Below, piece after piece: positions 28,084 to 37,248 of a stretch of 57,609 bases of DNA; the stretch's first letter is position 1, and the number at the start of each line of letters is the position of its first letter. Made by a program: the position numbers and the translations under genes. Under the pieces are notes generated by a model. That model made no database searches, had not been told where the DNA came from, and saw nothing but the letters and a program-made list of their open reading frames with translations. Location: NCBI GenBank assembly GCA_964493715.1, contig CAZBPC010000007.1, forward strand, positions 1 through 57,609, read 5' to 3'. This DNA is from an uncultured archaeon (GTDB lineage: Archaea > Asgardarchaeota > Lokiarchaeia > Sigyniarchaeales > SOKP01).

Positions 28084-30771
28084 ATGAAATCTGAATTTGG
28101 AAATGGTTATTTTGGAAAATGGATTAAAGATGAAAATGGATTGCCTGCATATAAATATACGTGCAATCAAGTCAAAGATCCTAAAGCAATTACTCCCATG
28201 AACGATATATGGCGAGACCCTACCGATCATATTTTTCTTGTAGGTAATGACAGGATTGTTGGATTGGCTTCTAATTATGGTTATGTCATGGTAAGACAAG
28301 ATGAGGGGGCTCCAAAGTATTTGAATTACTATGATCCAAGACTTAATCAATACGCAGGTGGATTTGGCTACCTCACTGATGGGAAGAGCACGATTTCTAC
28401 TTATTATAATGGTCAAAACTCGAATTTTGAACGAATATTTGGTATCGGTTATGTTTCCAAGCGAGTTTCTAACCAAAACTATAAAGTAAATCAAACTATC
28501 TTCGCACCATTTGGAGATGATCCCGTTTTAATTTCTCAAATAGAAATTTGCAATAATACACTTCAGACTATAGATTTAAAATGGATTGAATATTGGGGCT
28601 GCTTTAATTTTCAGTTTTCATTCCAAGCAGTTTTAGATGCAATTAAAGAGAAGAAAGTTGACCCACTCAAAAATTACCGGATAAAATTAGAAAAAAGTTA
28701 TAAAAATAAATCTATAGTTTTAGATAACGGTCGTGGATTGGTTAATCTAAAATATGACGAAAAATCATCAAAATTGGAGGAACAATTAAATTTTGAGGAA
28801 AGAATTAAAGGAATACCAGTCCAAAGAAAAAAAGCTTCATTTGAAGACAAAAAACCCCCTCCAATTTTCTTAGTTTCTTTAGACGATAAGACTACAGCTG
28901 TACAAAATGATGGGTCCTTATTTTTTGGACAAGGAGGCACTCAAAATCCAGATGGTCTTAATGTTAACGGATCATTTAATGAAGAAATCAGTGATTTTAA
29001 CTCCTGTCTAATTATAGAACGCAAAGTTAAAATTCCACCTAAAGCTTCAAAAACAATCTATTTTGCATATGGATACATTCCCGAGGGATTTGAATTAAAT
29101 GATTTAATCAAAAAGTATCAAGCTAGCCTGCCAAATCTCTTCAAATTATCTTGCAATAAATGGAAAGAAAACCGTATTAAACTCGATATGAATGAGGACT
29201 TATGGATCGACAGAGAGCTTTTTTGGAATTATTATTATTTGAGAGGAGCGATGACTTACGATGATTACTTTAACGAGCATATACTTTCTCAAGGACACGT
29301 GTATCAATACATCATTGGATTTCAAGGTGCTGCTCGAGATCCATTACAACATGCATTGCCATTTCTCTTCATAGAGCCTCGCATTGTTAAAGAAATTATA
29401 AGGTATACCTTGAAAGAAATTCAAGAAGATGGAAAAATCCCCTATGGGATTACTGGAAGTGGAATGATCATGCCCTCCTTATTGGATCCAAGTGATTTAC
29501 AATTGTGGTTGATTTGGCTAATTAGTGATTATGTCCTACTAACAAGGGATTCCGATTTTATAAATGAAGAAATTTCAATGTATCCCATTTATGGTCGAAA
29601 AGCACAAATGAAAACAATAAAGGATGTATTATTTCTTACTTATGAATATTTTGTTAAAGTGATTGGAAAAGGAAAGCATGGTCTAGTAAGGGTTGCTAGC
29701 TGTGATTGGAATGATTTAGTAATAACTGGTTTTGTTCCAGAGAATAAGCAAGACGAGGTAAAAAAAGTTGGAGAAAGTATATTGAACACCGCAATGGCTA
29801 TATATGTTCTTTCTCAGTTTTCTGAAATGCTATCCTTTATTGGACTCACAGAAAAATCAGACGAAATTAGACAATATATGGTTTCATTAATCAAACCATT
29901 AAAAGATCACTGGAACGGAAAATGGTTCAAACGAGCCTGGCTCTCTGAGGAACTGGGATGGGTTGGTAATGACATGTTATGGTTGGAACCACAACCTTGG
30001 GCACTTATTAGTGAAATATTGGATTTACCTCAAGCAGAAACTTTAATCAAGAACATAAATGAGTTAAATAGAAAACCCTCCCCAATTGGAGCAATAATAC
30101 TTAGTAAGACAATAGACAATCAAGTAGAAACGGCTGGAGTCGCCACTAATGCAGGAATCTGGCCATCAATCAATGGTACTTTAATATGGGCTTTAAGCAA
30201 AACCTCTGGTAATTTAGCTTATGATGAATGGAAGAAAAACACTTTTGCTCATAAATCATCCATTTACCCTGATATATGGTATGGCATTTGGAGTGGACCA
30301 GATACGTGGAATTCGTCATACTCTGAATATCCTGGACATACTTTATTTGATAAATTTTACTTGACTAAAAATCCTAAGGACAAACAAGAAGGATTACTTT
30401 CAATGGGAATTAATTGGACAGATTTCCCCGTTTTGAACCTTCATCCCCATGCTTGGCCACTATATACGTTAATCCATTTGATAGGCTTGCAATTAACAAC
30501 TAAAGGCATTAAATTCGTACCAAAATTTCCTAAAGATGAATATTCATTCCAATCGTCATTAATAAAGTTTCAAAAGCAAAAATCTGGTTATTCTGGATGG
30601 TATTATCCTAAGAATCGAGGGTCATGGGAAATCTCTTTAACTCTCAAAAAGGAGGAATTAGTAAAAGTGAAAACTGTAAAAGTAAATGGTAAAATAACAG
30701 ATTACACTGTCTCTGGCAATGAAATCACGTTTAAAAGTGAAAATTCTATAGACTGGGAAATCATATTTTAA
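28084..30771 (+). CDS. GH94-like glycoside phosphorylase/hydrolase (cellobiose-phosphorylase-related)
   Basis: GAARDPLQH and DWND motifs, LSNxGY-like N-terminal beta domain, NAGIW; GGTGA 7 nt before the ATG. Confidence 0.75.
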   Translation: MKSEFGNGYFGKWIKDENGLPAYKYTCNQVKDPKAITPMNDIWRDPTDHIFLVGNDRIVGLASNYGYVMVRQDEGAPKYLNYYDPRLNQYAGGFGYLTDGKSTISTYYNGQNSNFERIFGIGYVSKRVSNQNYKVNQTIFAPFGDDPVLISQIEICNNTLQTIDLKWIEYWGCFNFQFSFQAVLDAIKEKKVDPLKNYRIKLEKSYKNKSIVLDNGRGLVNLKYDEKSSKLEEQLNFEERIKGIPVQRKKASFEDKKPPPIFLVSLDDKTTAVQNDGSLFFGQGGTQNPDGLNVNGSFNEEISDFNSCLIIERKVKIPPKASKTIYFAYGYIPEGFELNDLIKKYQASLPNLFKLSCNKWKENRIKLDMNEDLWIDRELFWNYYYLRGAMTYDDYFNEHILSQGHVYQYIIGFQGAARDPLQHALPFLFIEPRIVKEIIRYTLKEIQEDGKIPYGITGSGMIMPSLLDPSDLQLWLIWLISDYVLLTRDSDFINEEISMYPIYGRKAQMKTIKDVLFLTYEYFVKVIGKGKHGLVRVASCDWNDLVITGFVPENKQDEVKKVGESILNTAMAIYVLSQFSEMLSFIGLTEKSDEIRQYMVSLIKPLKDHWNGKWFKRAWLSEELGWVGNDMLWLEPQPWALISEILDLPQAETLIKNINELNRKPSPIGAIILSKTIDNQVETAGVATNAGIWPSINGTLIWALSKTSGNLAYDEWKKNTFAHKSSIYPDIWYGIWSGPDTWNSSYSEYPGHTLFDKFYLTKNPKDKQEGLLSMGINWTDFPVLNLHPHAWPLYTLIHLIGLQLTTKGIKFVPKFPKDEYSFQSSLIKFQKQKSGYSGWYYPKNRGSWEISLTLKKEELVKVKTVKVNGKITDYTVSGNEITFKSENSIDWEIIF

Positions 30772-30833
30772 TTTCTTTCTTTAATTTCTTTTTGCTCTTA
30801 ACTATCTTTTTAAACTTTTAAAGAAAAAAATCC

Positions 30834-30923
30834 TTATATAAGTTCAGAACCACAAAATTCACAATAAATTTGCTCTTTCTGTCTTGAGGATGATATGCAA
30901 TTAGGGCAATATTTCATCCCCAT
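30834..30923 (-). CDS. 29-aa zinc-ribbon microprotein (not in ORF track)
   Basis: MGMKYCPNCISSSRQKEQIYCEFCGSELI*; two CxxC knuckles. Confidence 0.5.
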   Translation of the reverse strand: MGMKYCPNCISSSRQKEQIYCEFCGSELI

Positions 30924-30928
30924 ATCTT

Positions 30929-30969
30929 TAATTACATCTCTGATGTATTTATTTTTCGAGATGTAATTA
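30929..30969. repeat. Perfect 12-bp inverted repeat with 17-bp spacer
   Basis: TAATTACATCTC (30929-30940) and GAGATGTAATTA (30958-30969). Confidence 0.7.
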
Positions 30970-31110
30970 TGTGATATTGGGAAACTATTATAAAATAATT
31001 TTTAGCAAATTCTTTTCTAAGATTATAATAAAAAGAAAAAAGAGAAATTTTAAAACATCCTCAAAATAATTGCATTATGAAATATATAAAATTTAGCAAG
31101 GTGAAAAAAT

Positions 31111-31422
31111 ATGGAAGCTAAAGGAATAGAGCTCGTAGCTCCTATTGTGGGAATAATTGGCAGTATATTACTTTTAATTTCTGGGATTCCCTCTTTCTCC
31201 CCATTAGATATATTCGTCACAAATTTTGCTGTAGGATTTTTAGGCTTAATTGGAGCAATTTATGGTCTTATTAAAAATCGAACTTACGGGGCCCTTATTA
31301 TGTTAATCTCGGGACTTATAGCACTTGTTGCGATATTTTCCGCTACTATGAAGACTTTTCTCTTCGTCGAACCAATTCTATTGTTGATTGGTGGAATTTT
31401 GGGTTATATTTTAAAAAATTAA
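31111..31422 (+). CDS. Small four-helix membrane protein
   Basis: Almost entirely hydrophobic, Gly-rich helices; GGTGA 6 nt before the ATG. Confidence 0.75.
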   Translation: MEAKGIELVAPIVGIIGSILLLISGIPSFSPLDIFVTNFAVGFLGLIGAIYGLIKNRTYGALIMLISGLIALVAIFSATMKTFLFVEPILLLIGGILGYILKN

Positions 31423-31504
31423 CCTCCCACTTTTTATATTTAAATCTTAAATTTTTATATAAAATCAGTAAAATAGGAAGAGATAAAAAGAAGTAGAAGA
31501 TACC

Positions 31505-32683
31505 TTACTCATTTATAGGAGGAAGAGGAGGAACAGAATTGTCCCATTTTAGGGGAACGGGATATTCCCACCAAGATTCTGGAATCTTAGAATAATTCCC
31601 ATATTTTTGCAATCCTTTTTGAAAAGCTTTAATATTTTTCCGAGGTGCATTGAGATCTCGAGGAGTAGGATAGAAATAAGCACCAAATCCTCCATTTTTA
31701 GTGCCCAAATTTCTCATCATGTGCCACACTTCACGTTCTACTTCATCTGGAGTTCCTTGTGTATAAATAGATTGAATGTTAACGCAACCCCAGAACATTA
31801 TCTTTCCGCGATATGGTCGTAAATCATTATATCCGCTCATTCGTGGGCTATCTAATTCGATTGCGTCTAATCCCCATTTTATTAATGGCTCTAACAATGG
31901 GTCAATCTTACCACAACAATGAAGATGGACATCCAAATCTAAATTATGAGCTTCATCTATGATTGTTCTATAAGAATCCTCGTATAAATTATTAAAAGTT
32001 CGCGCACTGAAGAATGGACCTTTTTGTTCACCTAAATCATCCACGACCCAAATTCCATCTGCTTTTAAACCATATTTTTTGCTATATCGCATTATATCTA
32101 CGTGATAATCTGCCACTACTTGTAACGCTCTTTTCAATTCTTTTGGGTGCTTTTTATGATCTATAAGATATGTATTAAAACCCCTCATCGCGGCAACAAC
32201 TTGAGACGGTCCATGACTAACCAAGTTAAGTGTAAAATATCTATCATTTTCCACCATATTTCTGAGTTGAAGAGCTGGTTCATATCTGCTTTCTTCACTC
32301 GCATCAGGGGTATATTTTGAGATATAATTTTCAAAATCATCCCAATTGGGAAGAGATGGTCTTCCGGGATGACCCATATCCTGATCATTACCTTTCATGT
32401 TCCAAATACATCCCCATTGATCAATCTCTTCATGTTTTATTTTTCTCCAATTATTTCCTTGGTATTCAGGATTTTCAATAGCCCAATCAGGTCTTTCCCA
32501 ATTATATGCCCCTCTTACATGAGGAAATAATCCTTCTTCACCTTCATTCCATCCTGGTCTCCATTTTTTAGAGTGAACGATTGGAAGAGGCATTAGATCA
32601 CCAGAAACCATGTCAAAAATAGGCACCTTATCTGGTTTAGTAAATTTTAAGGCTGCTTGTATTCGTTCTCTTGAGTTCATCAT
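31505..32683 (-). CDS. Uroporphyrinogen decarboxylase / MtaA-CmuA-like TIM-barrel protein
   Basis: MNSRERI...PDKVP, DQWGCIW, DDLG, HLHCCG, GTPDEV. Confidence 0.85.
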   Translation of the reverse strand: MMNSRERIQAALKFTKPDKVPIFDMVSGDLMPLPIVHSKKWRPGWNEGEEGLFPHVRGAYNWERPDWAIENPEYQGNNWRKIKHEEIDQWGCIWNMKGNDQDMGHPGRPSLPNWDDFENYISKYTPDASEESRYEPALQLRNMVENDRYFTLNLVSHGPSQVVAAMRGFNTYLIDHKKHPKELKRALQVVADYHVDIMRYSKKYGLKADGIWVVDDLGEQKGPFFSARTFNNLYEDSYRTIIDEAHNLDLDVHLHCCGKIDPLLEPLIKWGLDAIELDSPRMSGYNDLRPYRGKIMFWGCVNIQSIYTQGTPDEVEREVWHMMRNLGTKNGGFGAYFYPTPRDLNAPRKNIKAFQKGLQKYGNYSKIPESWWEYPVPLKWDNSVPPLPPINE

Positions 32684-32743
32684 AATCAGAAAATAATCTA
32701 AAATATTAATAATTTTATGATTTCATCAAGATATTAAACTATA

Positions 32744-33571
32744 TCAATTCCATGAGAATTCATTGAACAAAGAACCAGTTTTTAAAAGAATAATTTCTTG
32801 ATCTTGAGAGTTCAATTCGCTTTTCCATCTTTCATCCAGCTGAATTGAAAAAGGGTGATCTCGATAGTAATATTCGTTTCTTTCGGTTAGTAACCAATCA
32901 TCATTGGAATTCTTGGCTTTAATGAGCAGATAATGAGTACCAATATTTCCTCCTATTGAATGCTGATCTTTGTTATAATATTCTTTCATTTCTGGCTCAT
33001 AAGTTATTTCCAAGAAATTACATAAGTCTTCTATATTTTGATCTGGATTCAAAGATAAATCTTCATAGAAGATTTTAATTTTCTTTCCTTGAAATAGATT
33101 ATATAATGTTTTTGTTTTGGTAATTTGGATGATCCAATCATTAATCAAACGGTCAAGAGTCCTATTTGGATATTTTCGAGCCATAGAGTTGATTACAGCC
33201 CTAAGATCACGCTTTAAAAAAATTAATTGTGCTTCTATTTTGGTATTTTTTAGGATTTCTAACTGCCTATTAATCCAATCCACATTTTTTGTAGAATCAA
33301 TAAGAATAGATTTTTTCGTTATATTATGTAATTGTTCATATATGTTATCCTTTTCTGGATCAACTTTACTCCAGATGTTGCATTCTTTACCACATAATCG
33401 ACAATATTTTCTTTCAGCTTCGAAATTTGGATCTGAAAAATAAGAAACCTTGTTTGCTTCTCCCATAAAAAAAGCAGTACTATGACTACCTAGAATTAAT
33501 CCAAGTAAAGTAGAACCAGAATGTGCTGCTCCAGAGATGAAGCAAATCTTTATTCTTTTATCCAACGGCAT
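32744..33571 (-). CDS. Sulfotransferase (PAPS-dependent)
   Basis: 5'-PSB-like ISGAAHSGSTLL, 3'-PB-like LKRDLRAVINS, YEDL..NP....LCNFLEI. Confidence 0.85.
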   Translation of the reverse strand: MPLDKRIKICFISGAAHSGSTLLGLILGSHSTAFFMGEANKVSYFSDPNFEAERKYCRLCGKECNIWSKVDPEKDNIYEQLHNITKKSILIDSTKNVDWINRQLEILKNTKIEAQLIFLKRDLRAVINSMARKYPNRTLDRLINDWIIQITKTKTLYNLFQGKKIKIFYEDLSLNPDQNIEDLCNFLEITYEPEMKEYYNKDQHSIGGNIGTHYLLIKAKNSNDDWLLTERNEYYYRDHPFSIQLDERWKSELNSQDQEIILLKTGSLFNEFSWN

Positions 33572-33591
33572 GTTTAAAGTAATCTCTTTAA

Positions 33592-34977
33592 TTACAAAAG
33601 TTCGGTGAGTTCCTCTTCATCAGTAACATGAGGAAATGCAGAAGTCAGTTCAGGTTTATTAAAAAATGGACACAGTTTTTCCCATCCTTCACCTTTAGTG
33701 ATATCAATAGTTAAAAGATCTTCGGGCCGATCTTTAAAATATTCCAATACATTTTTGTGGTGAAGATCGTATACATTGGATAGCCTTTGTTTGTTGAAAG
33801 TAAATACACCGTACACGCTTGCCCTGAGAAACCGACGGATCTTTAAGTGTGTTTCTGTTTGGTTAGGATCATCATATGGGGGTCTATCTTCCCAATGTCG
33901 TTTAAGCGATTCTAACCATTTTTCCTTTTCTCGGATAGTTAGAATGAATTTACTATTAGGAAACAGTTCATCTAATTCTCGATAATATGGAGCTATGGTA
34001 ATATCTGAGATTCCATCATAATCCTGCAGGATGGTAAAGTTATAATTTCCATGAATCAATTCATAATGAGTCACTTTATCCACGGGATAATGAATTACAT
34101 TAATACCGAGAATATTTAGCGCTTTCGTTAAACTCTTTGTACTCGTTCTGCTTAATCCCAGGCAAAATACTTTTTTCGAATCATCCCCAAATACACCCAA
34201 AATATTTGATGCCGCTTTTAGATCTTGCACTACTTCCATTTTCAAGTACTGTTTTTCCTCAATTCCTAAATCTTGAACGACTGATCGGGCGACATTTGGT
34301 AAATTTTCAATGAATTTTGCTATATCAACTGAAGATTCGCCATGTGGTATCATTTTTCTTGTGTAGTTTATCGCTTCTATAGCAACGACAAAATCTTTAT
34401 CTTTGTATTTCCAATTATCAATAGCGGATTGGAGCTTTGCTTTCGGATAATCTTCTCTGCTTCTCAATTCTCTAATGGCACATTTAATAAAGACGTGTTC
34501 ATAATATTGGTGAAAATCATGCAATATTTTAAAACGCTTATACTTCTTCTTCATTTTCATATTGTTTAATGCTACATTTCGTATGGCAGTCTCTGGTTTT
34601 AGCACGTATAATAAGTTTTCATTTGAGAGAGAGACCTTTTTCATTTCTTCGACTACATCACGTCTAGTGATATGCACTCCCATGTGGACATATCCCCTAA
34701 ATTTATCAAGTACGTAGCAATCAACGTAAGCTAATTCATTTTCTTCAATAAAAGGTCTTAAATCTTCAAAAATCAAGCAATCGGCATCCATAAAAACAAC
34801 GAATTCGGTCTCAGGGTCATATTCAATCTTCATTATTTCTTCCATGGTTCTCGTGAAGGGTTTTATGTCTTTTATTACGTGAATTTTCCATGGCTGAATG
34901 TTAGTTCGAGCAAATTCGAGTGCGATGTCAGAAGTCCTTTCACCGATGGTCCTAAAAACTAATTCTACTTTTTTCAT
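33592..34977 (-). CDS. Fusion of a glycosyltransferase-like (DxD) domain and a sulfotransferase-family domain
   Basis: N-terminal VVFMDADCLI; C-terminal KVFCLGLSRTSTKSL..AL..LG, FPNSKFILTIR, GEGWEKLCPF. ATG at 34977 preferred over TTG at 35013. Confidence 0.75.
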   Translation of the reverse strand: MKKVELVFRTIGERTSDIALEFARTNIQPWKIHVIKDIKPFTRTMEEIMKIEYDPETEFVVFMDADCLIFEDLRPFIEENELAYVDCYVLDKFRGYVHMGVHITRRDVVEEMKKVSLSNENLLYVLKPETAIRNVALNNMKMKKKYKRFKILHDFHQYYEHVFIKCAIRELRSREDYPKAKLQSAIDNWKYKDKDFVVAIEAINYTRKMIPHGESSVDIAKFIENLPNVARSVVQDLGIEEKQYLKMEVVQDLKAASNILGVFGDDSKKVFCLGLSRTSTKSLTKALNILGINVIHYPVDKVTHYELIHGNYNFTILQDYDGISDITIAPYYRELDELFPNSKFILTIREKEKWLESLKRHWEDRPPYDDPNQTETHLKIRRFLRASVYGVFTFNKQRLSNVYDLHHKNVLEYFKDRPEDLLTIDITKGEGWEKLCPFFNKPELTSAFPHVTDEEELTELL

Positions 34978-35587
34978 TATTATTTTTTTATTGATTAATT
35001 TTTCAAATCTCAACTTGTACTTCTTAAATGGATAAAATTTACTATCATTAAAATTTGGATATATTTCCTCTGAATTTTCTGGTATTTAGCATTAGATATT
35101 GATAAGATTTTAGTTTTAGATAAATTAAATGTTAAAGATAAATAAGACTTTTCATTTATAAACTTATTGTAAAATGTGAATATAGAGATATATACGAACA
35201 AGTATTGATTTCGTCTCTTTCAATATGTGAATATTTTGGTTAATCTATGACCTATTCTCATTTTTAAACGGGATATTAATGGATAATCTTGATTATTATA
35301 AAATTCAAAATGTTAAAATTAGGTTCTATCTAAGAATTATAAATTGTTATTTAATTGAAATTTATAAATTATATCAATTGAGGGGGGGTAATTGGAAGTA
35401 AATGTACATATATCCTTCATTTATTAATGTGAGAGAGGTGATTAAAAGTTAAATCAAGCCCTTGCGGGTGAGAGTAATTAGTTATCAGGATAATTATAAT
35501 TTGTATAGTAATCTTATGTGTAAGAGAGAGGTGACTGAAAATAAATTTTTTTCCCGAAATTTTAAAGAAAATTAAATAATATAAGAA

Positions 35588-35731
35588 TTAAGATTTCACA
35601 GAATCCTTATTATTGGGGGTACAACATATTTCAGATTGAGATCTATCTACGTTGTCAATTTGAGACTTTACGCAAGCTTCGCAATATTTAAGCCAAATTT
35701 CTGATTTTTTTTCGGAATCTTGATCATCCAT
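35588..35731 (-). CDS. 47-aa Cys-containing microprotein (not in ORF track)
   Basis: MDDQDSEKKSEIWLKYCEACVKSQIDNVDRSQSEICCTPNNKDSVKS*. Confidence 0.45.
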   Translation of the reverse strand: MDDQDSEKKSEIWLKYCEACVKSQIDNVDRSQSEICCTPNNKDSVKS

Positions 35732-35910
35732 TTTACTATACCGTAAGAAGGAAGTAACTTAAATTGTGTTAATAGCATTAATAATTGATTATAAAGTTTT
35801 TCAAACCGACGAAATTCACGATGATAGATGAGAAAAAGATCGGAAATATAAAACTTTAAATAACTTTTGTTTAGAATCCCTGTTTCTTATTTTTAAGTTA
35901 CAAAATTGAA

Positions 35911-36498
35911 TTAAAATATTTTCCATGATACAAAGTCCTCATCATACTCTTCAAAGCCGAGACCTCGGATAAAATTGTAAGAAACCTTATTGTCTTTATA
36001 TACCTTACAACGAAGTTCTTTTACTCCTTTTTTCTTAAATAAATCCCAGCTCGCCATGGCTAAAATGGTTCCCAATCCTTTTCTTTGTAATTCTGGAATG
36101 ATTCCTAATCCTGCAATAACACCTACAAGATTGTCCTGAGAGGTGAAATAAATCAAAGCAAAACCACTATCTTTACCCTCTACTTTAGCAATGAGAAAAA
36201 TAACGCTCTTGTCATTTAGTATTTCATATAATTTTTCTTTAGTAAGGGGTCTATAAGGCATTGGAGTGGAGTGCCAAGCACGATCATGAAGATCGATTAA
36301 ATGATCAATATCAACTCCTGTTGCTTCACGTATTTCAGCATTAATAAAGGAATGCTTAATTTTATTCTTTAAATTTTTTTCAAAATCCTCAGTAATGTGA
36401 GAAACTGGCAATCTCATTTGAATGAAATCCATATCTTTTTGGTAAAGATTTATGATATCACCGTACATTTTTATAAAAAAAGCTTTGATACGACCCAT
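35911..36498 (-). CDS. GNAT family N-acetyltransferase
   Basis: LGIIPELQRKGLGT (Q/RxxGxG), N..SYNFI..LGF; GGTGA 5 nt before ATG 36498. Confidence 0.88.
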   Translation of the reverse strand: MGRIKAFFIKMYGDIINLYQKDMDFIQMRLPVSHITEDFEKNLKNKIKHSFINAEIREATGVDIDHLIDLHDRAWHSTPMPYRPLTKEKLYEILNDKSVIFLIAKVEGKDSGFALIYFTSQDNLVGVIAGLGIIPELQRKGLGTILAMASWDLFKKKGVKELRCKVYKDNKVSYNFIRGLGFEEYDEDFVSWKIF

Positions 36499-36541
36499 TT
36501 TAATCACCCTCTTATCTTTATTTTACTTACATCTCAATCGA

Positions 36542-37102
36542 TCAATTGATTAATTCAAAACCAAGACTTTTGATGAACCTGTAAGCCTTCTTATTATCTT
36601 GCTCCACTCTACATCGCAATTCTTTAGCCTCGTTTTTTTTAAAATAATCCCAAATCTCTATAACAAGTATTGTTCCTAATCCTTTTCCTTGTAGCTCAGG
36701 AACTACACCAAGAGCTGTAATAATCCCTATTTCTCTATTCTCTCCAGTGAAATACATGATAGCAAAACCACTATCATTTCCGTTTACTTTAGCGATTAAA
36801 AAAACGATGTGTTGGTCATTAATTAGTTCAATTAATAATTCCTTCGAAAATGGTTTGTATCGCATGTTTGTTGATCTCCAAGCTTGTTCATGCAATTTCA
36901 TGAAACTTTCAATATCATCTAATGTTGCAATTCTTATATTGGCTTGCAAAACGCTATATTGAGCCATATTTCTTAAATTATGTTCAAATTCTTCCGTAAT
37001 TTTTTTTACAGGAAGTCTCATTTGAATATAATCAGACTCATCTTTCAAATCATCTAGCGTTTCTGCCAATTTTCTTGTTAAAAGCGATTTAAACCATTCC
37101 AT
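36542..37102 (-). CDS. GNAT family N-acetyltransferase (tandem paralogue)
   Basis: LGVVPELQGKGLGT, N..AYRFI..LGF. Confidence 0.88.
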   Translation of the reverse strand: MEWFKSLLTRKLAETLDDLKDESDYIQMRLPVKKITEEFEHNLRNMAQYSVLQANIRIATLDDIESFMKLHEQAWRSTNMRYKPFSKELLIELINDQHIVFLIAKVNGNDSGFAIMYFTGENREIGIITALGVVPELQGKGLGTILVIEIWDYFKKNEAKELRCRVEQDNKKAYRFIKSLGFELIN

Positions 37103-37248
37103 AATATGTCATAAAAATGAAATTTTTATCAAATAAATCAGTTTCTAATCTTCTTGTTTATCGTTAGCTTACATTTGAAGAAGATGAATACTTTCAAATA
37201 TAGATTTTCAAAAAGAGTTGAATAAAATAATAAAAAAATAATATATGA

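Noticed and set aside
28060-28494. 144-aa - strand ORF, plus the other 60-120-aa ORFs nested in or antisense to larger genes (e.g. 2903, 14482, 20478, 33117, 47013, 50905)
   Set aside because: They overlap well-supported CDSs and show no family motifs.
35010-35201. 63-aa ORF upstream of the sulfotransferase fusion
   Set aside because: Composition is typical of AT-rich intergenic DNA and there is no RBS.
35431-35534. Repeated GAGAGAGGTGA as a mini-CRISPR
   Set aside because: Only two 11-bp copies, too short for CRISPR repeats, and no cas genes in the window.
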